A stretch of DNA of 64,000 nt from Acidobacteriota bacterium. Its GTDB lineage: Bacteria; Acidobacteriota; UBA6911; RPQK01; JAJDTT01. The translations under genes were made by a program, and so were the position numbers. Positions 52,932-63,117 of this stretch are shown here, piece after piece (the first letter of the stretch is position 1; every line of letters starts with the position of its first letter). The stretch covers positions 2,752,001-2,816,000 of the forward strand of contig OZ253580.1 of NCBI GenBank assembly GCA_965263035.1, given 5' to 3'. The notes below the pieces were generated by a model that saw only the letters and a program-made list of their open reading frames with translations, had not been told where the DNA came from and did no database searches.

Positions 52932-53830
52932 ATTGCGAGACTCGTCTTCCATCCCCGGGAAACACCCCGCCTGGAACTCTCCATGTTTTGGCCACGCCAT
53001 TGGGACACTTGGGGGATCTGAGCCCACGGGCGCGCGAAGTTCTCACTTCCGTCGAACTAGTCGCTTGTGAGGACACTCGACATTCCGGAAAGCTGCTCAC
53101 CAGCTTCGCCATCCGCACTCGCACCATCAGCTACCATGAACACAATGAAACGGCTCAGGCCCAGACCCTCTTGAACCGGCTCCGCCAGGGTCAGAACATT
53201 GCCTTGATCAGCAATGCCGGGACGCCCCTGGTCTCGGACCCCGGTTATCGCCTGGTGCGCCTTTGCCGGAAACACATGATTCCCGTCTCTCCGATCCCCG
53301 GTCCCTCGGCGGCCATCGCCGCGCTGTCGGTTTCCGGACTTCCCACCGATCGGTTTCTGTTTGCCGGATTCCTTCCCAGGCGGTCCGGACCCATGCGCCG
53401 CGAGCTGGAGGCGCTGAAGGACTTGAAGGCAACGTTGATTCTCTATGTGGCGCCGCACAGACTGGCCTCAACCCTGGAGATGGCCCGGGAAGTCCTGGGT
53501 GATCGTCAGACCTGCCTGGCCAAGGAGATGACCAAGATCCACGAATCGTTCTACCTGGGAGCCCTGAGCCAGATAGGCTCCCTGGCCGGCAGCCAGCCGA
53601 AAGGGGAGTACACACTGGTCATCGAAGGGGCCGCATCTCAGTCTCCGAGGGTTTCGAACCTGGATCCGGAAGCCTACGTGGAAGGACTGATTCAGGTTCG
53701 AGATCTGACTCGTTCCCAGGCCGTGCGAGCCGCCGCGCGCGCCTTGGGGCTCCCTCGCCGCGAGGTCTACCGCCGCTGCCTCGAAGGTGGAGAGCTGCCC
53801 GACCGCCGTGAAGGATCCGGTGGAATCTGA
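52928..53830 (+). CDS. rsmI: 16S rRNA (cytidine1402-2'-O)-methyltransferase
   Basis: [36 protein letters not shown]. Confidence 0.93.
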   Translation: MNCETRLPSPGNTPPGTLHVLATPLGHLGDLSPRAREVLTSVELVACEDTRHSGKLLTSFAIRTRTISYHEHNETAQAQTLLNRLRQGQNIALISNAGTPLVSDPGYRLVRLCRKHMIPVSPIPGPSAAIAALSVSGLPTDRFLFAGFLPRRSGPMRRELEALKDLKATLILYVAPHRLASTLEMAREVLGDRQTCLAKEMTKIHESFYLGALSQIGSLAGSQPKGEYTLVIEGAASQSPRVSNLDPEAYVEGLIQVRDLTRSQAVRAAARALGLPRREVYRRCLEGGELPDRREGSGGI

Positions 53831-53878
53831 GGAAATATTCAGAAAATCTGCATTACGATCGGGATATTCTCACATTAC

Positions 53879-53916
53879 TTGATCATCTTCCGTTATTTGT
53901 TGTATAAATATGAATT
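53879..53916 (+). promoter_or_regulatory. Putative sigma70 promoter overlapped by an ARG-box-like site
   Basis: TTGATC-18bp-TATAAA; TTGTATAAATATGAAT (53900-53915) resembles ArgR consensus wTGnATAwwwATnCAw; AT-rich island before arg genes. Confidence 0.5.
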
Positions 53917-53946
53917 CTTGTCCCTCAACGGGATTGGTGACAGAGC

Positions 53947-55032
53947 ATGAACGACTTGGAGCACGCGACGAGTCTTGCGACTCCGGCTACTACCAGTGTT
54001 GACGCCATCTCCTCGGTGGTCTCTCGTCTCCAGCTTCCTGTGAACTTCCGGCTGGGACATCCGGACCAGATTGACTACGGCCAGATCGTGGCGGCTCGCG
54101 TCCGGAGCGTAAACCTCTCCTATCCGGTGTTGGAGACCACAGGGGGCCGGGGTATCCGCCTCCGGGAGGGCATGAAAATAGTCGGTGCTCTTGGTGCCCG
54201 ACGAGCTCTCCACGGGTTCTCCGGACGCTTGCCGGCGCGACTCGGCCCAGGAGCGGTCTTCCACCTTCTGAACAAAGGGGGTGTGATGGGCGAGTGTACC
54301 GCCTTTCATCGTGCCTTGGGTTGGCCGGCAGAGCTCGAGTATCTCGGAACCGTTCACCATGGGGGCAGGTTTCTGGGTCTCCGGGACGGCGCCCTTCCCT
54401 CGCTTTCCCATTCCCTTCCCAGGATTCCCGTGATCCTGGTGCTGGGGACCTGCATGAACTCCGGAAAAACCGCCGTCTGCAAGCAGATTCTCCGCCTCTT
54501 CTCCCAAAAGGGCTTCAACGTCAACGCGGGCAAGGTGGCCGGTGTGGCAGCGTGCGCCGACCTGGAGGCAATGCGGAAGAGCGGGGCCGGCCGGGTCCTG
54601 AGTTTTAATGACCTGGGCCTTCCCTCCAGCGCCCATTTGTCCGATCTCTCCACCGTCGCCCGGTCGCTGGTGCACCACTTGTCCTCCCCGCGTCCGGACT
54701 TCACCCTGCTGGAGGCGGGCGACGGAATTCTGGGCGGCTATCATGTTGATTCTCTGCTCCATGACGATCATTTGCTGGAACGAGTCGTGAGCGTGGTCCT
54801 GTGCGCCAACGACCTGATGGGAGTCTGGGGATCCCTGGAGTGGTTGCGCCAACAAGGCCACGAACCTCAGGAGCTGTCGCTGCTGGTGTCGGGCCCGGCC
54901 ACCGACAGCGCTGAGGGAATTCGCTACATCGAGCGGCATTTCCGGGTTCCTGCGGCCAACGCCTTCGAGAGCTCCGGAAAGCTGTGCACCTTCATCCTGA
55001 AACGGTTGATACCATGGTCAAGATCGGCATAG
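53947..55032 (+). CDS. DUF1611/DgcN-like P-loop protein heading the arg operon
   Basis: VGALG.RRA..G N-domain, LGTCMNSGKT P-loop, AGKVAGVA, LLEAGDG; overlaps the argC start by 19 nt. Confidence 0.65.
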   Translation: MNDLEHATSLATPATTSVDAISSVVSRLQLPVNFRLGHPDQIDYGQIVAARVRSVNLSYPVLETTGGRGIRLREGMKIVGALGARRALHGFSGRLPARLGPGAVFHLLNKGGVMGECTAFHRALGWPAELEYLGTVHHGGRFLGLRDGALPSLSHSLPRIPVILVLGTCMNSGKTAVCKQILRLFSQKGFNVNAGKVAGVAACADLEAMRKSGAGRVLSFNDLGLPSSAHLSDLSTVARSLVHHLSSPRPDFTLLEAGDGILGGYHVDSLLHDDHLLERVVSVVLCANDLMGVWGSLEWLRQQGHEPQELSLLVSGPATDSAEGIRYIERHFRVPAANAFESSGKLCTFILKRLIPWSRSA

Positions 55033-56024
55033 CGGGCGGGTCGGGATACAGCGGCGGGGAACTGATCCGCAACCTGGCCAAACATCCCCAAGCGCAGTTG
55101 ACCTGGATCTCCTCCCGGCAATTCTCCGGTCAACCTGTGGCATCCCTCTATCCCAACTTGCGGGGATTCGTGGATTGTCATTTCGACAGTCTGGATTCTC
55201 TTGCGGACACCGACTTGGATGTCCTTTTCCTGGCCTTGCCCCATGGCCATGCCATGAAGATCCTGCCGCGGCTTCCTCGGGACCTGATCGTCATCGACCT
55301 GAGCGGAGATTTTCGCATTTCCGATGCCGCCAGCTTCGAGCAGCACTACGGATTTGTCCAAGAGGCCCCACAACTTCAGTCCACCTTCGTCTATGGCCTT
55401 CCCGAGATCCATCGGGACCGGATACGCCAGAGCTCCAGGGTCGCCAATCCGGGGTGCTTTGCCACCGCTACCATTCTTGCCCTCCACCCTCTGTACCAGG
55501 AGGGGTGGGTCAAGGGGCCCGTTTTCGTAGACACCAAAACCGGATCCTCCGGGGCTGGTCGGGTGCCCGGCCACAAAACCCATCATCCCCGGCGGAGCAA
55601 CAGCTTCTTTCCCTACAAGCCGTTTCGCCACCAGCACGTGGCCGAAATCTCACAGATCCTGGACACCGCCGCCCACCCGCTGGTTTTCCAGACCTACTCC
55701 ACACCCTTGGTCCGGGGCATTTTTGCCAGCCACTACATGGAGTTGGACCGGCCGCTGCGGGCCGACGAAGTCCGGGATCTCTACTCCAGCTATTACGGAA
55801 ACGAATTCTTCATTCGTTGGGTCGGCGAAGACCCGGACATCAACTTCGTCCGCAATGGGAACTTCGTGGATCTGGGCGCGGCCCACGACGACCATTTCCT
55901 CATTGTCTGGTCGACGCTGGACAATCTACAGAAGGGCGCTGCCGGCCAGGCCATTCAGAATATGAACCTGATCTGCGGCCTCCCGGAAACCATGGGACTC
56001 GATTTCCCTCCGTCACATCCGTGA
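55014..56024 (+). CDS. argC: N-acetyl-gamma-glutamyl-phosphate reductase
   Basis: GGSGYSG.EL, LALPHG, DLSGDFR, ANPGCFAT, DNL.KGAAGQA.QNMN. Confidence 0.93.
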   Translation: MVKIGIAGGSGYSGGELIRNLAKHPQAQLTWISSRQFSGQPVASLYPNLRGFVDCHFDSLDSLADTDLDVLFLALPHGHAMKILPRLPRDLIVIDLSGDFRISDAASFEQHYGFVQEAPQLQSTFVYGLPEIHRDRIRQSSRVANPGCFATATILALHPLYQEGWVKGPVFVDTKTGSSGAGRVPGHKTHHPRRSNSFFPYKPFRHQHVAEISQILDTAAHPLVFQTYSTPLVRGIFASHYMELDRPLRADEVRDLYSSYYGNEFFIRWVGEDPDINFVRNGNFVDLGAAHDDHFLIVWSTLDNLQKGAAGQAIQNMNLICGLPETMGLDFPPSHP

Positions 56025-56050
56025 CGGACTCGACTCGGCAGGGAGAAAAA

Positions 56051-57220
56051 ATGAGAGAACTTGCCAACACCGTCATGGAAACGGAGGACCGGTACCAGCT
56101 CAAGACCTACGCGAAGCTGCCGTTGGTGCTGGATCGGGGCCGCGGTTGCTACGTCTATGACCAGGACGGAAACGAATACCTGGATCTGTACGGCGGCCAC
56201 GCCGTGGTCTCGACCGGCCACTGCCACCCCCGGGTCGTGGAAGCCATTCGCACTCAGGTCGAGGAGATTCTCTTCTATTCCAACGTGGTCTACAGCTCGG
56301 TCCGCGCTCGGGCGGTCAAGAAGCTGATGGAATTTGCGGGACCACCCTACTGGCAGGCGTTCTTGGCCAATTCGGGCAGCGAGGCCAACGAGAGCGCCAT
56401 CAAGGTGGCCCGTGCCCTGACCGGCAGGCCCACAGTTCTGTCCCTCTCAAATTCCTTTCACGGACGTACTTACGGAAGTCTGTCCAGCACCGGTGTCTCC
56501 CATTACGCCGAGTATCTGAACACTCCCGTCCCCGGTCATCGTATTCTGGATCTCCAGGAAATCGCCGTTTCCGTCGATTCGGAAACGGCCGCCGTCCTGC
56601 TGGAGCCGATCCAGAGCATGGGTGGAGTGAAGGAGGTTCCGGAAAAGACTCTCCGTCAGATCCACGACGCCTGCCGCAGTCACGGGTCGTTCCTCATTTT
56701 CGACGAGGTCCAGACCGGAGTCGGCCGCACCGGCAGCTTCCTCTACGCCGGCACCGGAGGAATCTACCCCGAGATGGTCACCCTGGCCAAAGGGATCGCA
56801 TCGGGAGTTCCCGCCAGTGCGCTTCTGGTGACCCGCGAAGTGGCGGAACGGGTGCGGTCGGGGGACTTGGGCGCCACCTTCGGAGGGGCCCCCATTTCCT
56901 GTGCCGCCATGGAAGCCACGCTTCAGGTTCTGGAAGAGGAGAACCTGATCCAGAATGCGGCACGGATCGGAAGCTACCTGCAGCATGAGCTGGAGGCCCT
57001 GCCCTGGGTTGAGGAGGTCCGGGGAAGGGGGCTCTTGCTGGGCATCAAGATCAAGGGAGGAACGGCCAAGGATCTGGGGCGTTTCCTGCGGGCAAGCAGA
57101 ATCCTGACCGGTACCTCCAGCAATCCGTCCGTGCTTCGCCTGATGCCGCCGCTGGTCCTTGGACGAAATGAGGCCGATGCCTTCCTGGAGGTGATCCGCG
57201 ACTATGAACCTGGTCATTAA
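56051..57220 (+). CDS. argD: Acetylornithine aminotransferase
   Basis: YLDLYGGHAV, NSGSEANE, FHGRT, DEVQTG.GRTG, LAKG; context. Confidence 0.88.
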   Translation: MRELANTVMETEDRYQLKTYAKLPLVLDRGRGCYVYDQDGNEYLDLYGGHAVVSTGHCHPRVVEAIRTQVEEILFYSNVVYSSVRARAVKKLMEFAGPPYWQAFLANSGSEANESAIKVARALTGRPTVLSLSNSFHGRTYGSLSSTGVSHYAEYLNTPVPGHRILDLQEIAVSVDSETAAVLLEPIQSMGGVKEVPEKTLRQIHDACRSHGSFLIFDEVQTGVGRTGSFLYAGTGGIYPEMVTLAKGIASGVPASALLVTREVAERVRSGDLGATFGGAPISCAAMEATLQVLEEENLIQNAARIGSYLQHELEALPWVEEVRGRGLLLGIKIKGGTAKDLGRFLRASRILTGTSSNPSVLRLMPPLVLGRNEADAFLEVIRDYEPGH

Positions 57221-58022
57221 GCTGAGCGGAAAGGTCCTGGAACAGGAGAGCCTCCGCCGTTCTCTCTGTAATCAGATCACGGCCCTGATTCGCGCTCCCC
57301 ATCGGATTATTCTGATCCACGGAGGCGGAAAGCAACTTTCCGGCCTCTGCGAACGGTTGGGAATTCCGGTGGTGCAGCACGAGGGACGCCGGGTCACCGA
57401 CGAGCCTACGTTGAACGCTGCGAAGATGGTCTTCTCGGCCGCCAACCGGGACTTGGTGGCGACGTTGAATTCCTGCGGCGCAAGAGCCATCGGCTTTGCC
57501 AGCTTCGATGCCGGACTGGTTCGCTGCCGCCGGCGGGGACCGGTCCCCGTGCGGACCGCCGGATGCAACGGCGTCTCCGAGAAACAATTGGTGGATTTCG
57601 GTCTGGTCGGAGAGATCGAGAGCGTCGATCCTCGTCTGATTCAGGACCTCTGGGCTGCGAATCTGCTTCCGGTGGTGAGTTGCCTGTGCGCTACCGATGA
57701 CGGCCGAATTCTCAATATCAACGCCGACACTCTCGCCGCCAGACTCGCCACCGCGTTGCGGGCCGACTGCCTGGTGTCGGTGACCGACGTGGACGGTCTC
57801 TATCTGGACGACTTTCGCGAAACGGTGCCCCGGCTGACCGCGGATGAGGTCCGCGTGCACTTGCGGTCCGGTGTCATCAGCGACGGGATGGTCCCCAAGA
57901 TTCAGACCGCCTTGAAGGCATTGGAGCAACAGATTCCCATGGTCCAGATCGTGGGCGGATTGGCGCCCAACGGTCTGATCAGGGGCATCGAGGGTCTGGC
58001 GGGCACCCGCATCGTCCCCTGA
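57204..58022 (+). CDS. argB: Acetylglutamate kinase
   Basis: VIKLSG, IHGGG, GRRVTD, NINAD, TDVDG, GMVPK. Confidence 0.9.
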   Translation: MNLVIKLSGKVLEQESLRRSLCNQITALIRAPHRIILIHGGGKQLSGLCERLGIPVVQHEGRRVTDEPTLNAAKMVFSAANRDLVATLNSCGARAIGFASFDAGLVRCRRRGPVPVRTAGCNGVSEKQLVDFGLVGEIESVDPRLIQDLWAANLLPVVSCLCATDDGRILNINADTLAARLATALRADCLVSVTDVDGLYLDDFRETVPRLTADEVRVHLRSGVISDGMVPKIQTALKALEQQIPMVQIVGGLAPNGLIRGIEGLAGTRIVP

Positions 58023-58049
58023 CCGCCCTTCGAGCTGGAACGGGATATG

Positions 58050-59549
58050 TCAGGCGTCCAGCGCCAGAACGGGTTTCGACAAACCCAGCTCCTGCTCCAG
58101 CACATGCGCGACCCGCAGTAACAGACCTTCCCCGAAGTGGGGCCCCAGCAGCTGCAGTCCGATCGGCACGCCCTCAGGTGTGTAGGCGCAAGTGGTGGCC
58201 ACTCCGGGAATGCCCGCCAGATTGGCAGTGACCGTGTACACGTCCGACAAGTACATCTCCAAGGGATCAGCGGTCATGTCGCCCTGCCGAAACGGCAGTG
58301 ATGGAGCGGTGGGACCCATCAGAACGTCCGCCCGCTCGAAAGCTCTGCAGTAATCCTCCTTGACCAGGGTCCGAACCTTGCTGGCCTTGAGGTAATACGC
58401 ATCGTAGTAGCCGGCACTCAAGACATAGGTCCCGATCATGATCCGCCGCTTGACCTCGTCTCCGAATCCTTCGCTGCGGCTGTTTCGATAGGTTTCCTCC
58501 AGGGCCCCGATCCTGCTGCTCCGGTGGCCATATCGCATTCCGTCGTAGCGAGCCAGATTCGAACTCGCCTCGGCCAGAGCAATGATGTAGTAGGTGGCTA
58601 TCGCGAACTCCGTATGGGGCAGATCGACCTCCACGACCTGACACCCAACAGCCTCCAGCTTGGCTGCCGCGCGCCGGACCGCAGCTTCGATCCGCCGGTC
58701 CAGACCGGACGAGAACCACTCCGCCGGAAGACCGATCCTCAAGCCTCGGACGTCCCCTTCGAGTGCTGCAACATAATCTTCCACCGGCCGCCTTGCGGAG
58801 GTCGAGTCCATTGGATCGTAGCCGGACACGACCTGCAGAATCATGGCCGCGTCACGTGCAGTGTGGGCCAGCGGTCCAATCTGGTCCAGCGAGGAGGCAA
58901 ACGCCACCAGTCCGTAACGGGAAACCCTCCCGTAGGTCGGTTTCAATCCCACGACTCCACAGAAGGCGGCGGGCAGGCGAATCGAGCCGCCGGTGTCACT
59001 CCCCAGGGCACCCGGAGCCTCCATTGCGGCCACCGCCGCGGCCGATCCGCCGCTGGACCCGCCGGGAACTCTGTTCAGGTCCCAGGGATTGCGGGTGGGG
59101 AAGAATCCCGAGTTCTCGGTGGTGGAACCCATGGCGAACTCGTCCAGATTGGTCTTTCCCAGAATCAGCCCTCCGTCAGCCCGGAGACGGGCGACCGATG
59201 TGGCTTCGTAGGGGGGAACGTAATGCTCCAGAATCCGGGACCCGCAGGTCGTCCGCATTCCCCGGGTAACAATATTATCCTTCACGGCCAAGGGAATTCC
59301 GGTCAACAGGCCGAGCTCCCTTTTCCCCGAGGCCAGAGTCTGATCCAGAGCCCGGGCCTCGTCCAGCAGAGTATCCGCACCAACGCTGATGAAGGCCTGG
59401 ACCTTGGGATCTCGCGACCGAATCCGCCGCAGGTAGGCTTCGGCGATTTCTACCGATGAGATCTGCCGATTCTTGATCGCCCGGTGCAGTTGGGCAATGG
59501 ACAGATCGCAGATTTCACACGCCGATCCGGGTGACTCGTGTTCCATCAC
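58050..59549 (-). CDS. gatA: Asp/Glu-tRNA amidotransferase subunit A
   Basis: GKTNLDEFAMG, PGGSSGGS, SDTGGSIR, SSNLARYDG, YLSDVYT. Confidence 0.96.
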   Translation of the reverse strand: MMEHESPGSACEICDLSIAQLHRAIKNRQISSVEIAEAYLRRIRSRDPKVQAFISVGADTLLDEARALDQTLASGKRELGLLTGIPLAVKDNIVTRGMRTTCGSRILEHYVPPYEATSVARLRADGGLILGKTNLDEFAMGSTTENSGFFPTRNPWDLNRVPGGSSGGSAAAVAAMEAPGALGSDTGGSIRLPAAFCGVVGLKPTYGRVSRYGLVAFASSLDQIGPLAHTARDAAMILQVVSGYDPMDSTSARRPVEDYVAALEGDVRGLRIGLPAEWFSSGLDRRIEAAVRRAAAKLEAVGCQVVEVDLPHTEFAIATYYIIALAEASSNLARYDGMRYGHRSSRIGALEETYRNSRSEGFGDEVKRRIMIGTYVLSAGYYDAYYLKASKVRTLVKEDYCRAFERADVLMGPTAPSLPFRQGDMTADPLEMYLSDVYTVTANLAGIPGVATTCAYTPEGVPIGLQLLGPHFGEGLLLRVAHVLEQELGLSKPVLALDA

Positions 59550-59842
59550 TCGATGACCCTGGGCACTCGGAAGTACCCCTTTTGAGCCTTGGGCGATCCC
59601 TCCAGGACGGCTTCCGGTGCCAGCGAGGGCCGGGTTCGGTCGGGACGTACGGCACCCTCGCCCGGGATCTCCGCCAGGCCATGGTAGGTCGGCGCCACCC
59701 CTTTCGTGTCCACCTGCTGGAGCTGCTCAAAATAATCCAGAATTCGCTGGAACTGGGCGACGAACCGCTGCAGTTCATCGGGAGAGAATTCCAGATGGGC
59801 CAACTCGGCGATTCTTCGGACCTCTTTGGGAGTGATGCTCAT
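59546..59842 (-). CDS. gatC: Asp/Glu-tRNA amidotransferase subunit C
   Basis: I...EV..IA.LA.L, VDT.GV.PT, YFRVPRVIE; upstream of gatA. Confidence 0.93.
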   Translation of the reverse strand: MSITPKEVRRIAELAHLEFSPDELQRFVAQFQRILDYFEQLQQVDTKGVAPTYHGLAEIPGEGAVRPDRTRPSLAPEAVLEGSPKAQKGYFRVPRVIE

Positions 59843-60795
59843 TGGACTTTCCTCTCGAGAACCGAATCCGACTTCATTCCATATTTGCGGGCCATCCGGA
59901 CATCGCACCCGACTCGCCGTCTCAAAGCCGCAAGGTTGGAGAATCGCCTCTCCGCACGCAGCCTGTACCAGAAATCGAGCGTCATGAACTCTCCGTACAG
60001 GTCGCAGTCCGCATCCAGCAAGTAGGTCTCCACCAACGGCTTGTCCGCGGGTTCGCCCAATGTGGGGCGGTAGCCTATATTGGTGGCGCCGACAAAAACA
60101 GCGCCGTTGACCGTCGCTCGGGTGACGTACACCCCAGTTGCCGGTATGAGCTCGCTGGCCGGCTGAAGATTCGCCGTGGGGTATCCCAGGTCCGCGCCTC
60201 TGCCCGATCCCCTCACCACCGTACCCAGAATCTGGTAGGGCCGGTCCAGGAGGCGCCGGCAGAGCGCCACCCTCCCTTGGCCCAACAGCTTGCGGACGAC
60301 CGTACTGCTGACACGTTGTCCCCGAAAACGGACCGAATCGATGGAATAGACATCAAACCCGAACTTCCGCCCCAGGGATTCCAGGGTCATGAAATCGCCT
60401 GCTCTCCCGTACCCGAAGCGAAAGTTGCTACCCACGTGGATCTCTTTCATGCCATGGGATCCCAGGACATCCCGGACGAAACGTTCGGGACTGAATCGGG
60501 AGACCTGACGGCTGAAGGGGAAACGAACCAGGATGTCCAGATCCATCTCCCTGAGGAGACGATGCTTCTGCACCGGCAACTGCAAAAGGGAAGGCGCGTC
60601 CGCGGGCGAAATGATTTTCTGAGGATGAGGGGAGAAGGTGAGGAGAATCCCGGTCCCGTTCATTTCTCGAGCCCGCTCCACCACCCGTTTGACGATCGCC
60701 TGGTGTCCCAGATGCAGGCCGTCAAAAACGCCGATCGTGGCCACCGGATACGGTAACCCGGGAGGGAGCTTCTTCAGGTCGTCAATGATCTGCAT
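59839..60795 (-). CDS. ribF: Bifunctional riboflavin kinase/FAD synthetase
   Basis: G.FDG.HLGH, SST..R, G.PTAN, NIG.RPT, ET. Confidence 0.95.
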   Translation of the reverse strand: MQIIDDLKKLPPGLPYPVATIGVFDGLHLGHQAIVKRVVERAREMNGTGILLTFSPHPQKIISPADAPSLLQLPVQKHRLLREMDLDILVRFPFSRQVSRFSPERFVRDVLGSHGMKEIHVGSNFRFGYGRAGDFMTLESLGRKFGFDVYSIDSVRFRGQRVSSTVVRKLLGQGRVALCRRLLDRPYQILGTVVRGSGRGADLGYPTANLQPASELIPATGVYVTRATVNGAVFVGATNIGYRPTLGEPADKPLVETYLLDADCDLYGEFMTLDFWYRLRAERRFSNLAALRRRVGCDVRMARKYGMKSDSVLERKVQ

Positions 60796-60834
60796 GTTCC
60801 TTCACGATGCGGGAGGTCGCGCCGGCGACTCGAG

Positions 60835-61590
60835 TCATACCTCCAGGACAAGACCGTCATGGGCCAGACTGACTGACTCCGGCAGGTAGGCATTTCCCTC
60901 GTCGTGGTCCACTTCGTGGCAGATGTGGACCAGATAGGTTCGCTCGGGCCCAATGCGAGCCGCCGCCTCGACCGCTTCCGACAGGCTGAAGTGCGTTGGA
61001 TGACTCTGATAACGAAGGCCGTCCAGCACCAGGCACTCCACCCCTCGGAGACGCTCGAAGCTGACCTCCGGAATATAGCTCACATCGGTCAGGTAGGCGA
61101 GACGCCCGATTCGGAAACCCAGCACCGGCATCCGGCCATGCATGAGGTCGATGGGCTCGATTTCCAGATCACCCACTCGGAACCTGCCGGCAACCGGAAT
61201 CAGCTGGACGCTGGGAACGCCGGGATAACCCTTGCCGTCGAACAGGTGACGAAAGGTCACCGCGATCTCTTTGAGTGTGGCTTCACTTCCATAGGCGGGT
61301 ACCGTCCGCTCCGACCACATGTTGAACGGGTAAACGTCGTCGAGTCCGAGAATGTGGTCCACGTGAGAATGGGTATAGAGGAGAGCGTCGAGGTGACGAA
61401 CTCCGCACCGAAGCATCTGAACACGGAAGTCGACGGAAGTATCGATGACCAGTGTCACCGTGCCCTGGATCAGAAGCGAACTGCGCAGCCGATGGTTTTT
61501 CGGATCGTCCGACAAGCAAACCTTGCAATCACATCCAATGACGGGAATGCCGCGGGAGGTCCCGGTTCCAAGAAACGTCACCCGCATCAC
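60835..61590 (-). CDS. MBL-fold hydrolase (PhnP-like)
   Basis: LGTGTS.GIP.IGC.C..C, THSHVDHILGLDD, YLTD, HDG. Confidence 0.9.
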   Translation of the reverse strand: MMRVTFLGTGTSRGIPVIGCDCKVCLSDDPKNHRLRSSLLIQGTVTLVIDTSVDFRVQMLRCGVRHLDALLYTHSHVDHILGLDDVYPFNMWSERTVPAYGSEATLKEIAVTFRHLFDGKGYPGVPSVQLIPVAGRFRVGDLEIEPIDLMHGRMPVLGFRIGRLAYLTDVSYIPEVSFERLRGVECLVLDGLRYQSHPTHFSLSEAVEAAARIGPERTYLVHICHEVDHDEGNAYLPESVSLAHDGLVLEV

Positions 61591-62018
61591 AGCTTGATCG
61601 AGTTGGACTGCCTCATGACACCCATCTGCATCTCGTAGATCAGGCTGTCCAACAGCCTCGCCTCCTCCTCTGAAAGATTCCCTAGAGTCTTGTCCCTCAG
61701 CACCGACAGGATTTCAATCATCTGTCTGGCGCCCGAAAGGTTCTCCTGTTTCTTGCCGGTTACCGGGTCAGGAATGGCGCCCAGATGAACCATGCCAGTG
61801 GTGGCCAGAGACAGGACGAATCCGGAAAAATCCATCCCTGCTTCACCGGAAGCTTCGCCTGCTCCGGAAGCCCGCGGCACCCTCGCGTCCGTCCCGGCCG
61901 TGCGTTTCTCCACATCCTTCGATGCCTTCTCCGGCCGGGCCGCTCGCAACTCTCCATCCTCGGCGAAGATCCTTCGATCGCGAACCTTGAATCCTCCCTG
62001 GCCTGACTCTCCCGTCAT
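61587..62018 (-). CDS. DUF1844 domain protein
   Basis: FKV.DRR.F, F..FVLSL...G..HLG, A...I.IL..L..KT.GNL..EE. Confidence 0.85.
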   Translation of the reverse strand: MTGESGQGGFKVRDRRIFAEDGELRAARPEKASKDVEKRTAGTDARVPRASGAGEASGEAGMDFSGFVLSLATTGMVHLGAIPDPVTGKKQENLSGARQMIEILSVLRDKTLGNLSEEEARLLDSLIYEMQMGVMRQSNSIKL

Positions 62019-62033
62019 GAATTCGCCCCCTCT
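61936..62033. repeat. 98-bp direct repeat, copy 1 (5' end of DUF1844 gene)
   Basis: Matches 63130-63227 with about 9 substitutions (counted by eye). Confidence 0.9.
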
Positions 62034-62082
62034 TCTTCCGTCACTTCGGCATCGCCCATGTTTCCCGTGCGGCGAACAGCGG

Positions 62083-63117
62083 TCAAGGCTGGAGTATGAC
62101 CTTTGTCAACCCAGGCTCGCGCGCGTACAGCCGGTCGAACATTTCCTGTCCGCGCTCCAGCGGTACCGAGGCGCTCAGTACCGGTCGCACCCGGATGGCT
62201 CCGCGCCGCATCAAGTCCAGGCAGGCAGGGTAGTCGTTGGAAGACGCGCACGAGCCGAGCACGTCGATTTCGCGGGTCACGACGCTCTGCAATCCGAAGC
62301 TGACGGTCGGCGCGATATTGCCGATGAGGACGACCCTCCCTCCCTTGCGTACGCTGTCCATCGACATCGCTACGGTGACGTCGACCCCCACGGCCTCCAT
62401 GACCAGATCCGCCCCCAGCCCGCCGGTTATCTCCCTGACGACCGCCGGTACGTCCGTCCCGTCGCCGGACTGAATGGTCTCGTCCGCTCCGAGTTCCTTC
62501 GCCAGTCGCAGGCGGTCGGCCGCCAGGTCGACCACGAAAATCCGGCCGCAGCCCGCGCTGCGCAGCGCCTGGGTCGTCAGCAGACCGATCATCCCCGCTC
62601 CCACAACCAGTGCCTTGTCCCCGAGCGACGGCTTGGCGCGCGCGACGGCATGCACGGCGACCGAGACAGGTTCCACCATGGCAGCCTCGTCGAAGCTGAC
62701 ACCGTCAGGCACCCGGAACACGATGTGGTTCGGCACGGCCACGTATTCGGCAAATGCCCCGTGGCGCCGATAGTCATCGCAGGAGACGCCGAGCACGCGC
62801 CGGTCCTCGCAGAGGTTGGGACGGCCTTCTCGGCAGAATACGCAGTTCCGGCAGCAGATCATCGAGTCAAAGGTGACCCGTTCGCCGGGGTCGAAGCCGC
62901 GTACTGCGCTTCCCACCTTTGCGACTACGCCCGACGCCTCGTGGCCCATGATCACCGGCGGGATCCGGCGCCCGGAGCTTCCGTCGTAGCCGTGCACGTC
63001 GCTTCCGCAGATCCCGCACGAGCGTACCCGGATCAGCACCTCGTTGGGAGCGGCATCGGGGCTCGGGACTTCCATCAGGTCCAGCTTCTTGTATTCGTTC
63101 AGGACGAGCGCTTTCAT
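62083..63117 (-). CDS. Zn-dependent alcohol dehydrogenase (galactitol-1-phosphate/iditol dehydrogenase-like)
   Basis: CGICGSD, GHE, C..C..C, GAGMIG. Confidence 0.88.
   Translation of the reverse strand: MKALVLNEYKKLDLMEVPSPDAAPNEVLIRVRSCGICGSDVHGYDGSSGRRIPPVIMGHEASGVVAKVGSAVRGFDPGERVTFDSMICCRNCVFCREGRPNLCEDRRVLGVSCDDYRRHGAFAEYVAVPNHIVFRVPDGVSFDEAAMVEPVSVAVHAVARAKPSLGDKALVVGAGMIGLLTTQALRSAGCGRIFVVDLAADRLRLAKELGADETIQSGDGTDVPAVVREITGGLGADLVMEAVGVDVTVAMSMDSVRKGGRVVLIGNIAPTVSFGLQSVVTREIDVLGSCASSNDYPACLDLMRRGAIRVRPVLSASVPLERGQEMFDRLYAREPGLTKVILQP

Noticed and set aside
55014-58022. LysW-dependent lysY/lysJ/lysZ interpretation
   Set aside because: No lysW or lysX nearby and the motifs fit acetylated-pathway enzymes; not fully excluded without phylogeny
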